DNA from: an uncultured Bacilli bacterium
GTDB lineage: Bacteria; Bacillota_I; Bacilli_A; RF39; UBA660
Direction of reading: 5' to 3'
Assembly: GCA_947624565.1 (NCBI GenBank)
Contig: CANQKX010000005.1
Span: 3,125 to 67,124, forward strand
Length of the DNA: 64,000 nt
This document shows, piece after piece, positions 21,813 to 31,102 of the stretch. The position numbers and the translations under genes were made by a program. The notes beneath the pieces were generated by a model. The model was not told the DNA's origin. It ran no database searches and saw only the letters and a list, made by a program, of their open reading frames with translations. Each line of letters begins with the position of its first letter. Position 1 is the stretch's first letter.

Positions 21813-22449
21813 CATTTAACCAATCATAATCATATATTTCTTCTACATAATTATCTTTTTCTTTTTTATTATCTATATCAGAAGTATTTTTATATCCTTT
21901 TTTACTCCATTCAAATAATATCTTATCTATATATCTAATACTATTAACACCGTTTAATACAGCCTCTTTTAATGCTTTCTTTATTAAATCCTCAGAAATA
22001 TTACTTTCAATCCATTTGTTAATAGTTTCATATTCAATTGGTGATAAAGTTCTTCCAAATTCCGATTCAAATTGCGAATAAATATCAGTAGAATTTATTG
22101 ACTCATTATTTTCTTGAATAAAAGAACTTATTTTGCTATAAAATAAATCTAATGATATAAATTCACTTATTACCCCATTATCATTATTCATTTCAATTGA
22201 TATATAATCTTTTTCAATTAAATTGTTAATTGTATCTAATATAATATTTTCGTCCATATACAAATCTTTAGATATTTTTTCAAGATTAAAACTTAATGAT
22301 TCTTTGTTATTTAAAAAATATAATAATACAATTAATTCAGTTGAAGTTATTTCTAATTTTGATAAATATTTTACAAAATAATTCGGTATTATTAAATCTT
22401 TATTTACTTTTATTAATTCATCAATAATTTTTTTATTCAATTTTATCAC
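21808..22449 (-). CDS. dnaD: DnaD-domain replication initiation protein
   Basis: C-terminal DnaD/DnaB_2-like region LSPIEYETINKWI...IRYIDKILFEWSKKG. Close to ponA as in Bacillus. Confidence 0.7.
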   Translation of the reverse strand: MIKLNKKIIDELIKVNKDLIIPNYFVKYLSKLEITSTELIVLLYFLNNKESLSFNLEKISKDLYMDENIILDTINNLIEKDYISIEMNNDNGVISEFISLDLFYSKISSFIQENNESINSTDIYSQFESEFGRTLSPIEYETINKWIESNISEDLIKKALKEAVLNGVNSIRYIDKILFEWSKKGYKNTSDIDNKKEKDNYVEEIYDYDWLNE

Positions 22450-23524
22450 CTACCTTGTACTTATTAGTAATATAGTTAATTATATTTTCTTTTTTGTTAC
22501 TTAATCTATTATACAATATTTGTTTTTGTAAATCTATATATATTTCTTTTATATCTACATTTAATGATAATTTTTTTATATCATCATATGATATATAAAT
22601 ATCTTCATTCTTATGAATTTTTAGTGAATTATACTCATTATTAATATCCTTGTTAATTTTTAATATTTTTGATGCTTCAATTAAACAATTAATATCATAT
22701 TTATAAAGAATATATTCATCTATATATCCTTCTTTTATTATTGATTTAATTTGATTAATCATTTTACTTTCTTTTGTACTAAAATTATAATTATCCGGAT
22801 ATATAAGTTGTGCCCACATCGATATGTAATTATAAGTTATTATTATATTACTATTATGTTTTATTTTTAAAATATCAAAAATATTAAATTTATTAATTAA
22901 ATTAATTCCATAAGAACAATTATTAGAATTAAATATTAAATTTAATTCTTTTTTTATTCTATCAGTTGATAAATTATCAAGATATTTCTTATTATATTCT
23001 ATAGATTTTTCTAGTTTTTTATCTAATTTAAAATCGTATATGGTTGCGAATCTTATCGCTCTTAATATTCTTAATGAATCATCTTTCAATTTTTTCTTAG
23101 AATTACCAACAGGTACTATTACTTTATTTCGTAAATCATTAATACCATTTAACAAATCAATATATTTTCCATTTTTATCTATACATATAGTATTAATAGT
23201 AAAATCTCTTCTTTTTAGATCTTTTTTTAAATTATTTATATATTTTACTTTTTTCGGCCACCTATTATTTATATACTTATCTTCTTTTCTAAATGTGGTA
23301 ATATCAAACTTAAAATTTTTATATAATAGTTTTATACTACCATAATTATCAATAATATCTTTATTAAATATATTGCATATCTCATAAGGTTTTGCAGATG
23401 TAATAATGTCAATATCACTACTATTAATATTAAGAAGTTTATCTCGTACAAATCCTCCAACAATATATGAATTATAACCTTTATTTTCAAGTATATTTAA
23501 TATTTCTAAAGCAACTTCATACAT
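22433..23524 (-). CDS. cca: CCA-adding tRNA nucleotidyltransferase
   Basis: GGFVRDKLLN..DIDI and RRDFTIN motifs. Confidence 0.85.
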   Translation of the reverse strand: MYEVALEILNILENKGYNSYIVGGFVRDKLLNINSSDIDIITSAKPYEICNIFNKDIIDNYGSIKLLYKNFKFDITTFRKEDKYINNRWPKKVKYINNLKKDLKRRDFTINTICIDKNGKYIDLLNGINDLRNKVIVPVGNSKKKLKDDSLRILRAIRFATIYDFKLDKKLEKSIEYNKKYLDNLSTDRIKKELNLIFNSNNCSYGINLINKFNIFDILKIKHNSNIIITYNYISMWAQLIYPDNYNFSTKESKMINQIKSIIKEGYIDEYILYKYDINCLIEASKILKINKDINNEYNSLKIHKNEDIYISYDDIKKLSLNVDIKEIYIDLQKQILYNRLSNKKENIINYITNKYKVGDKIE

Positions 23525-23616
23525 AATCTCTCACCATATTAAAATTATATCATGTATATTTTTAAGTGTAAATTAATGATTTTTAAATTATAAAAAAGTT
23601 ATCATTCGATAACTTT

Positions 23617-24255
23617 TTAATTTAATCTGATTATAGAATACATTACTACAATACCAATTATAACTGCTATTATACTAACTATTATAGCACTTGCATTTCC
23701 TTTTTCATCATCTTTTTCATCTTCAGGTAATAATTCTTCATCTTCATCAGATTGTGGAAATAATGGTTTAGCTAAAATTTCAGGTTCTTCATTTAAAACA
23801 CTAACTTCATCATCAAGTATTAATGATGGTTCAGTTTCTTGTGATAATTCTACTGGATTACTAAATATTGTATCATCAAATGTTTCCTTTTCTAATGGTT
23901 GTGCTTTAATATCTGGAACAATATTAATTTCCTCTTGATTTTTCTTACTTATATATTCATCATATTTTTGTTTCATTTCAGTAGCAAAATCAGAAAGTTC
24001 TTTTTCAATTACTTCAAATGGCTTTGATAAATCATCATTTTCATATTCTTTTAATTTTGCAACATATATTTCTTCAGTTATTATTTCATTGTCCATTGCA
24101 TAATTATTTAACCTATTTATAATTTCTTTTCTACGTCTTTTCTTTAAATCACTCATATATTTATCATATATTTGTTTTTTATCTTCATCTGTATAATTTT
24201 CACTATTTAATATTGCCATTGCATCTTCTCTACTGTAATCTAATTTTTCTGTCAT
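23617..24255 (-). CDS. hypothetical acidic, C-terminally membrane-anchored protein
   Basis: ORF with an AGGGGAG RBS, an acidic linker and a single C-terminal TM segment. No family recognised. Confidence 0.4.
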   Translation of the reverse strand: MTEKLDYSREDAMAILNSENYTDEDKKQIYDKYMSDLKKRRRKEIINRLNNYAMDNEIITEEIYVAKLKEYENDDLSKPFEVIEKELSDFATEMKQKYDEYISKKNQEEINIVPDIKAQPLEKETFDDTIFSNPVELSQETEPSLILDDEVSVLNEEPEILAKPLFPQSDEDEELLPEDEKDDEKGNASAIIVSIIAVIIGIVVMYSIIRLN

Positions 24256-24340
24256 CTTATACACTCCCCTATTTTCGATATATTGTTGTATTTAAATACA
24301 TTATACCACAATATACCCTACTTTTGTAAAGTGTTTTTGA

Positions 24341-25288
24341 CTATTTTAATCCATTTTCGCATCTATTTCCCCATCTATCGACTAAAATCTTATTTTTATA
24401 TATATTTACTATCTCGCAATTATTAGTACATTTATTACATTCAGATACTTTTGTTTCAAATTTAAATTCATTAATATTAAAAGAAAATTTTAAATCATCT
24501 TCGTATTTTTTACTCATAATTGCAATGCCATATGCGCCCATTAAATGACCTATATCATCTACAATAATCTCTTGTTTTAATTCCTCTTCAAAAGCTTTAA
24601 TTACTCCTATATTTTTACTTACTCCTCCTTGAAAAACAATAGGAGTTAATATTTTCTTTCCTTTTGCTACATTATTTAAATAATTATTAACTATAGATTT
24701 GCATAAGCCATATGCTATATCTTCTTTTTTATATCCTATCTGTGCTTTATGAATTAAATCTGATTCAGCAAATACTGTACATCTAGCTGCTATTTTAATT
24801 GGTCTTTTTGACCTTAGGGCAATTAATCCAAAATCATCTATATTTATATTTAATCTTTTTGCCTGACTTGTTAAAAATGCTCCTGTACCTGCGGCACACA
24901 ATGTATTCATTGCATAATCACTGATTACTTTATTATCTATTAATATTATTTTTGAATCTTGACCACCTATTTCTAGTATAGTTTTAACATCTGGATGCAT
25001 GTTTATAGTTCCTATAGCATGCGCAGTTATCTCATTTTTTATTATTGTAGCTCCTAACATTTTTCCTATTAATTTTCTTGCACTACCTGTTGTACCTATT
25101 GATACTATCTTATATGAATTATAATCAAATTTATTTTTCAATTTTGATATAAGAGTTTTTACTGCATTTATAGGATCAGCATTAGTATATATGTACTCAC
25201 TTGTAAGAATATTATTATTATCATCTATTATAACTGCCTTTGTTGATATAGAACCTATATCTATTCCTAAATATGCTTTATTTTTCAT
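24341..25288 (-). CDS. BadF/BadG/BcrA/BcrD-type ATPase (CoA-enzyme activase-like)
   Basis: GIDIGSISTKAVII and EIGGQDSK ASKHA motifs. Cys-rich C-terminal tail CNKCTNNC...C. Confidence 0.8.
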   Translation of the reverse strand: MKNKAYLGIDIGSISTKAVIIDDNNNILTSEYIYTNADPINAVKTLISKLKNKFDYNSYKIVSIGTTGSARKLIGKMLGATIIKNEITAHAIGTINMHPDVKTILEIGGQDSKIILIDNKVISDYAMNTLCAAGTGAFLTSQAKRLNINIDDFGLIALRSKRPIKIAARCTVFAESDLIHKAQIGYKKEDIAYGLCKSIVNNYLNNVAKGKKILTPIVFQGGVSKNIGVIKAFEEELKQEIIVDDIGHLMGAYGIAIMSKKYEDDLKFSFNINEFKFETKVSECNKCTNNCEIVNIYKNKILVDRWGNRCENGLK

Positions 25289-26351
25289 TATTCCTCCTCA
25301 TGTTTAGCATATCATAAAATGCTTCAAGTCGTGTTTTTATTCCAAGTTCACTTGTATTTGTATCAAATGTTAAAAACATTAATGGCATATTTTCATCATT
25401 ACAAAGATTTTCAAGAATTTTCATTCCACCTATTTCTGGAGTACATCCAAATGGTTTAATATGAATTATTCCATCATATCCTTTATCTATTAATATTTTA
25501 GCTCTTGCTATATTTTCCATAGCATCTGATCCTAATGTATATTTACAATATTTTTTTATTTTTCTTAAATAATATTTTTCTTTAAATCTCTTTGTTATAA
25601 GTAGAAATGTTACATTAGTAAATCTGGTAATTTCTACATTCATATTTGCAAGTTCTCTTTCTAAAAAATAGGTAGAATGTGGTTGCATTGAAGTATATAA
25701 TTCGCCTACTATTCCTATTTTTATACAATTCTTAGGTTTATCAAGAGGTATATTTATAAATCGTTTTTTATAATATAAATAATTTTTTATTAAATCTATA
25801 AAACCTTTAGTTTTTGAAAACTTAGTAAGCATACTATTTTTTATTCTATCAAAACTTCCTTTATGAATTTCAAAACCTATATTTTTTCTAATATATATAT
25901 CGATTTTATCCATAAAATATATCATTAAAAATGTTAGTAATAAATAATATAAATATTTTATTTTTTTTATATGAGGATTTAATTTTTTAAATGTATTATA
26001 AATACTTCTTATTCCGTTAACATCATTATCTGTTAATGAATAAAATTCAAATTCATATCCTAAATCTGTTAATATTTGTTGTTGAAGTTCATAGTAATAT
26101 CCAAATCTGCATCCACCACCTGCTTGAAGAATTATACCTGCTCCATCTTCTAATGATTCAATATAATTCCCTAAAGTATATTTAAATGGTAAACATGCAT
26201 ACTCTGGAGAATGTTTTGAACCTAATTCTAAAGTGTCTTTTGTTATTTGCTTTGATGGTCTAACTTCATAATCAGTTAATTTCTCTAATATAAACTTTAT
26301 TGGTGTATTATAATCTGATAGAGTAGGAAAACTTATTACTTTTCTATTCAT
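25278..26351 (-). CDS. activase-associated DUF2229 / 2-hydroxyacyl-CoA dehydratase-like subunit
   Basis: EYACLPFK, GGGCRFGYY and KPFGCTPE motifs. Overlaps both neighbours. Confidence 0.6.
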   Translation of the reverse strand: MNRKVISFPTLSDYNTPIKFILEKLTDYEVRPSKQITKDTLELGSKHSPEYACLPFKYTLGNYIESLEDGAGIILQAGGGCRFGYYYELQQQILTDLGYEFEFYSLTDNDVNGIRSIYNTFKKLNPHIKKIKYLYYLLLTFLMIYFMDKIDIYIRKNIGFEIHKGSFDRIKNSMLTKFSKTKGFIDLIKNYLYYKKRFINIPLDKPKNCIKIGIVGELYTSMQPHSTYFLERELANMNVEITRFTNVTFLLITKRFKEKYYLRKIKKYCKYTLGSDAMENIARAKILIDKGYDGIIHIKPFGCTPEIGGMKILENLCNDENMPLMFLTFDTNTSELGIKTRLEAFYDMLNMRRNNEK

Positions 26352-27258
26352 AAATATCATCCTTTTTTATAATATCAATAAAACTTTCCAATCTTGTTTG
26401 AATCATTTCAGTAGAAGACAATTCATCCATATAAATTGTTATATTTTTTTTATTTACTTTTCTTATGCACATTTCATTTACTAAAGAATCCGGACCACAA
26501 GGAAGTGTTGAAAGATATACTATTCCATCTACATAATCTTTATACTCTTCAATAGAGTTTAAAAGTTCCTGATTATATGTCCAATATAATCTCTTTGATA
26601 TGTTTTTATATAATTTTTCTCTATTATCTGGATTTATTATGTCTGCATATATAACTTCTACATCATATTTTTTTAAATTATCTGTTATTATTTTTCCTAC
26701 TAAATTATCATTTGAATTGTAACCATGACTAACCAATAATACTTTTGTTCTTTCTCTATTCAATTTTTTTCTTTGTAATAAATAATTTATTTTTCTTTGT
26801 TTATATTCTTCTTTTTTTGATACTTTATATGCATTAAGTATAAGTTCCTTACCAAATCCTAACTCTTGTCCCATCTTTATAAATGCATCTTGTTCTGATA
26901 TTCCTTTATCAACATCAACATTGTAACTAATTACATTAACTTTAAAAGTATTTTTAACTATATCGTATAATGCACTAAAATTAGTACATAATTTCATTTC
27001 ATTTTCTAGTGAAACAATCCTTGGAACTAAAATATAATCTACTTTATCTTTTAAATAATTAACATGTCCAATAAATATTTTTAATGAAAGACAGGCTTCT
27101 GATACTGTATTTTTTTTGCCATTTTCAAGTATTTCATAATTTGTTTCAGGACTAACTAAAGTATCTATTCCTAATTCATTAAAAAATGTTAACCATAAAG
27201 TATTATATTTATAATAAAGTAAACTTCTTGGAATACCTATAGTAATTTTATTATCCAT
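26344..27258 (-). CDS. activase-associated DUF2229-like subunit (paralogous half)
   Basis: SEACLSLK and LPCGPDS motifs parallel the next gene. First gene of the three-gene operon. Confidence 0.55.
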   Translation of the reverse strand: MDNKITIGIPRSLLYYKYNTLWLTFFNELGIDTLVSPETNYEILENGKKNTVSEACLSLKIFIGHVNYLKDKVDYILVPRIVSLENEMKLCTNFSALYDIVKNTFKVNVISYNVDVDKGISEQDAFIKMGQELGFGKELILNAYKVSKKEEYKQRKINYLLQRKKLNRERTKVLLVSHGYNSNDNLVGKIITDNLKKYDVEVIYADIINPDNREKLYKNISKRLYWTYNQELLNSIEEYKDYVDGIVYLSTLPCGPDSLVNEMCIRKVNKKNITIYMDELSSTEMIQTRLESFIDIIKKDDIYE

Positions 27259-27318
27259 ATACATATCCTTTCATTATTATAAATATATGTATATAAATAA
27301 AAAAAAGACATAATAAAA

Positions 27319-27341
27319 CCTTCTAAATATCTTAGAAGGTC
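27319..27341 (-). terminator. intrinsic terminator
   Basis: ACCTTCTAA/TTAGAAGGT hairpin with a T-rich tail on the minus strand, after the Trx-CcdA gene. Confidence 0.6.
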
Positions 27342-27345
27342 TTAT

Positions 27346-28593
27346 TTATATATTAAACATTAATAATTCTGGTTTTACTATCATCAAGATACCAATTATT
27401 AACATTATTATACCACCAATTAAATGTGAATATTTTGTATATTTAGTAGATATACCTGTAACCTTTAATGTTATCATTGCAATTGCAAATACAACTATAT
27501 CATCTATTAAAAAGAAGAATATATATATAAGCATATAAATCATATAACTAAATGTAGATAAATCATTCATAGCAAGTATTTGAGTAAATACAAGTGGTAA
27601 TCCTACAGAGCACATTAATTCAACTATATTTACTGAAGCTGCTAAAACCATTATTCCAAGTATTGCTAGTACAAACTTCTTTTCTTTTGTTATTGAAATA
27701 ATTTTCTCCATTATTTTTTTTCTTTCTTTTTTATCTACTACATCACATCCATCATCTTTTTTATTTAATGATGATATATATTTTGATAAATTTATTATAC
27801 CAACAACAATTGCAACTAAAGCAATTAATAATCTTATAAATGAAATTTTACTTATAAATGTAGCAAGATTTAACCATGTTAACATAAATAATAAGTAAAC
27901 TACTCCAGATGTAATTATAAATGTTAATCCTAAAATCCACATTTTCTTTTTATCTTTCATGTTAAATAACATTGTTATTAAAAATATTAATATCCACATA
28001 GCACATGGATTAAAACCATCTACAAAACCAAGTACTACTGCAAGTAATGGTAAAGATACACTTTTAGCATTTATTTTACCAAGTACTGGCACACTTACTT
28101 CTTCACTAAAAGTATTTTCTTCATTTGAATTATCATCTTTTTCTTCTTCTTTAGTTGGGGTTTCTATTTTTGAACTATTTTTCTTACTAACACCTGTTAC
28201 TTCTCCAGCATAATCTCTATATTCATTTTCTTCATTTAAATAATATTCTACAGATTGTTTTATATTTTCATCAGTTGTACCATCTGAATATCCGACAATT
28301 ACTTTTTTACCTATAACTGTATAAGGTACTCCAGATGCTGAACTACCCATTTGTCTTTGTACATCTGATAATAATTGTTGATTTTTACTACTTCCCCATA
28401 CTTCATATGTGTATAATTTAACATTAGGTTTATCTTTTAAATAATCACTTAAAAATTCTTTTTCTGCTGCACAATGTGGACAACCATCTCCATAGAATAA
28501 ATGAATATTTACAATTCTTTCCTCTGCATTAACACTTAAAGGAAAGATTAAAAATAAAATTGATAATAAAAATATTTTAATAAATTTTTTCAT
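27346..28593 (-). CDS. secreted thioredoxin-like domain fused to a DsbD/CcdA-type thiol-disulfide transporter
   Basis: Signal peptide and CPHC redox motif. The membrane domain carries GFNPCAMW and ELMCSVGLP Cys motifs. Confidence 0.7.
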   Translation of the reverse strand: MKKFIKIFLLSILFLIFPLSVNAEERIVNIHLFYGDGCPHCAAEKEFLSDYLKDKPNVKLYTYEVWGSSKNQQLLSDVQRQMGSSASGVPYTVIGKKVIVGYSDGTTDENIKQSVEYYLNEENEYRDYAGEVTGVSKKNSSKIETPTKEEEKDDNSNEENTFSEEVSVPVLGKINAKSVSLPLLAVVLGFVDGFNPCAMWILIFLITMLFNMKDKKKMWILGLTFIITSGVVYLLFMLTWLNLATFISKISFIRLLIALVAIVVGIINLSKYISSLNKKDDGCDVVDKKERKKIMEKIISITKEKKFVLAILGIMVLAASVNIVELMCSVGLPLVFTQILAMNDLSTFSYMIYMLIYIFFFLIDDIVVFAIAMITLKVTGISTKYTKYSHLIGGIIMLIIGILMIVKPELLMFNI

Positions 28594-28850
28594 TATAATT
28601 CACCTACTGCTTTCTTTATTTCATCATAATTTTTTTCACCTATAAGTCTTAGTACTTCTTTGTTGTCTTTTTCAAAAATCAATACTGGTAATATTGTTCC
28701 AACATTATATTTTTTTACCTCTTCTTCATCAAAATCATAATCTAAATTAACTATTTCAATATCTTTATTTTCATTTAAATATTTATCTAATGCTTTATTA
28801 GTTATTAGGCATGCTGGACACCATAATGCACTTATTTTTATGATTTTCAC
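28593..28850 (-). CDS. small thioredoxin-family protein
   Basis: WCPAC motif. Its stop overlaps the downstream start (TAATG). The start is trimmed to the GTG after a GGTGAT RBS. Confidence 0.7.
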   Translation of the reverse strand: MKIIKISALWCPACLITNKALDKYLNENKDIEIVNLDYDFDEEEVKKYNVGTILPVLIFEKDNKEVLRLIGEKNYDEIKKAVGEL

Positions 28851-28897
28851 AAATATCACCAACTACATTATATCATATTTTGTCAAATAAAAAACAA

Positions 28898-30082
28898 CTA
28901 ATTTGGAATTTTTAGTTGCTCGCCTATTGATAATAAATTACTTGTTAAGTTATTTAGTTTTTTTATGTCATCAACTGTTGTATTAAATTTTAGTGCTATT
29001 TGATATAGACTATCTCCTTTTTGTACAGTATATATAGTATAATCACTTGATATTTTATCTTGAGGTATTAATAATTTTTGACCTATTGATAATAAGTTAC
29101 TTGTTAAATTATTTAATTTTTTTATATTATCAACTGTTGTATTAAATTTTAATGCTATTTGATATAGACTATCTCCTTTTTGCACTATATATACATTACT
29201 ATCATCTGTTTTTTCTCCTTTTGATATTATTAAAACTTGACCTATTGATAATAAATTGCTTGTTAAATTATTTAATTTTTTTATATTATCAACTGTTGTA
29301 TTAAATTTTAGTGCTATTTGATATAGACTATCCCCTTTTTGCACTATATATGTTTGCTCATTATTATCAGTACTAATTGTTGGAATAAGTAATATATCTC
29401 CTATTTGTAATAAATTACTTTTTAAGTTGTTTAATTTTTTTATTTCTTCTACAGTCGTATTAAATTTTTTAGCAATTGAATATAGACTATCTCCTTTTTG
29501 TACTTTATAAGTATTAGATGTTTCATTATTTAATGAATATGGTATTCCTTCGTAATTAGCAAGTGCCTTTACTACTGCTTCTGCATATTTTTCCCAATTA
29601 TTTTTTAAATTATTTGCTTCAGTGGCATTATTTATATTGCCGTAATTTATTATTATTGTTTGTATATTACCCGTATCTTTCTGTATATTATAATAATCTT
29701 TTGATGTATCACTTTCACTTCTTCTTTGATAATATTTATCTACTGTTAATCCGGAATTTTCTAAATTATCTGAAATTGATTTTGCTAATGTATCATTGTT
29801 TCGCAGTGGATATATTACTTCTGCATTAGTATTATTATCTCCTAATTGATTAGAAATCGCTATTACTCTTGAATTATTTCCGTATGCATTAAGTATTCTA
29901 TTTGCTCTATCTGCATCATTTATATATTCATCTGTTGATCTTATTATTTTTACATCTGCACCTAATTGTTTTAATCTATCATATATATACTGACTTAAAA
30001 GTAAATTAAATTCTTTTTCAGTAATACCATTATTCACCATTCCAACATTGCTTCCACCTTTTGATGGATCTATAACTATCAT
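28898..30082 (-). CDS. Amidase_3-like domain (degenerate active site) plus four LysM repeats
   Basis: N-terminal IVIDPSKGG...ITEKE...IAISNQ...IIINYG aligns to the Amidase_3 blocks DPGHGG, xEK, SIHxN and vlvElgf. Four YxVQKGDSLYxIAxKFNTTV LysM modules follow. No signal peptide. Confidence 0.75.
   Translation of the reverse strand: MIVIDPSKGGSNVGMVNNGITEKEFNLLLSQYIYDRLKQLGADVKIIRSTDEYINDADRANRILNAYGNNSRVIAISNQLGDNNTNAEVIYPLRNNDTLAKSISDNLENSGLTVDKYYQRRSESDTSKDYYNIQKDTGNIQTIIINYGNINNATEANNLKNNWEKYAEAVVKALANYEGIPYSLNNETSNTYKVQKGDSLYSIAKKFNTTVEEIKKLNNLKSNLLQIGDILLIPTISTDNNEQTYIVQKGDSLYQIALKFNTTVDNIKKLNNLTSNLLSIGQVLIISKGEKTDDSNVYIVQKGDSLYQIALKFNTTVDNIKKLNNLTSNLLSIGQKLLIPQDKISSDYTIYTVQKGDSLYQIALKFNTTVDDIKKLNNLTSNLLSIGEQLKIPN
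28901..29509 (-). repeat. tandem near-identical repeats of about 156-159 bp encoding LysM modules
   Basis: Long DNA stretches recur almost verbatim four times, for example ttgatatagactatctcctttttg and tcaactgttgtattaaatttta. Confidence 0.9.
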
Positions 30083-30165
30083 ACACTCACCTTAATAAAT
30101 TATATGAATAAATTTATAATTAAGAACATAGTATTAACGTATAAAATAATTAAGGAAGTGGTTAT

Positions 30166-31092
30166 TTGAATATTATTGATAAAAATTTTAATGATTTAGT
30201 TAAAGAAATTAAATCACTAGATGAATATGAACTATACTATAGAATTAGGAAAAATTTTGATAATGTATCTAAGGAAATACAAACAAGTTGTATAACTTTT
30301 TTTAATCAATTTAAATATTGGGGAATAATTGATATTGAAAATAATAATTATGAAGAAATAAAATTAAAAGCTAAGGAATTATATGAGCATATTGATGATT
30401 TTGCTTGGGTATATAATCATTTATGTGATTATAGATCAAAAAAAACATTTTATAGCATACTTAGTAATTGGTATAGATACGATTTTTTATCTACTTATCA
30501 AAGTAAAGAATACATGTTTGATGACTATTTTGATTTAGATATAGTTAAATGTTCTAATGATGAAGTTATTGTTGATTTAGGTGCATATACTGGTGATACA
30601 GTATTGTCATATATAAAAAATTATGGTAAAAATTCATATAAGAAAATATATTGTTATGAAATTACCCCTAGTATTTTTGAACAACTTAAAAATAACTTAA
30701 AAAATTTAGATAATATAGAATATAGATTAAAGGGAATTAGTGATGAAAAATGCACTATGTCTATTAATAATAATGAAGAAAGTTTATCTGCAAATACACT
30801 TTCAATAGATAATAATGGTGATGTAGATGTTACAACATTAGATCTTGATATTGATGAGACTATAACTCTTATAAAGGCTGATATAGAGGGATTTGAACAA
30901 AAAGCAATTAATGGAGGTAAGAATCATATTTTAAATGATCATCCTAAACTTTTAATATCTGTTTATCATAACAATCAAGATTTATGGAAAATACCTAAAA
31001 TGATATATGAAATGCATAATGATTATAAATTTTATTTAAGATATAATAGTTCTCCAATATATCCAACAGAAATAACTTTGATTGCAATTTAA
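30166..31092 (+). CDS. FkbM-family SAM-dependent methyltransferase
   Basis: VDLGAYTGDT and LIKADIEGFEQKAINGG motifs. TTG start after an AAGGAAGTGG RBS. Confidence 0.65.
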   Translation: MNIIDKNFNDLVKEIKSLDEYELYYRIRKNFDNVSKEIQTSCITFFNQFKYWGIIDIENNNYEEIKLKAKELYEHIDDFAWVYNHLCDYRSKKTFYSILSNWYRYDFLSTYQSKEYMFDDYFDLDIVKCSNDEVIVDLGAYTGDTVLSYIKNYGKNSYKKIYCYEITPSIFEQLKNNLKNLDNIEYRLKGISDEKCTMSINNNEESLSANTLSIDNNGDVDVTTLDLDIDETITLIKADIEGFEQKAINGGKNHILNDHPKLLISVYHNNQDLWKIPKMIYEMHNDYKFYLRYNSSPIYPTEITLIAI

Positions 31093-31102
31093 AAAAAAGT
31101 TC

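Noticed and set aside
28901-29509. Regularly spaced near-identical repeats that could suggest a CRISPR-like or satellite array.
   Set aside because: The repeats are in frame within one ORF and encode LysM modules. There are no unique spacers and no cas genes.
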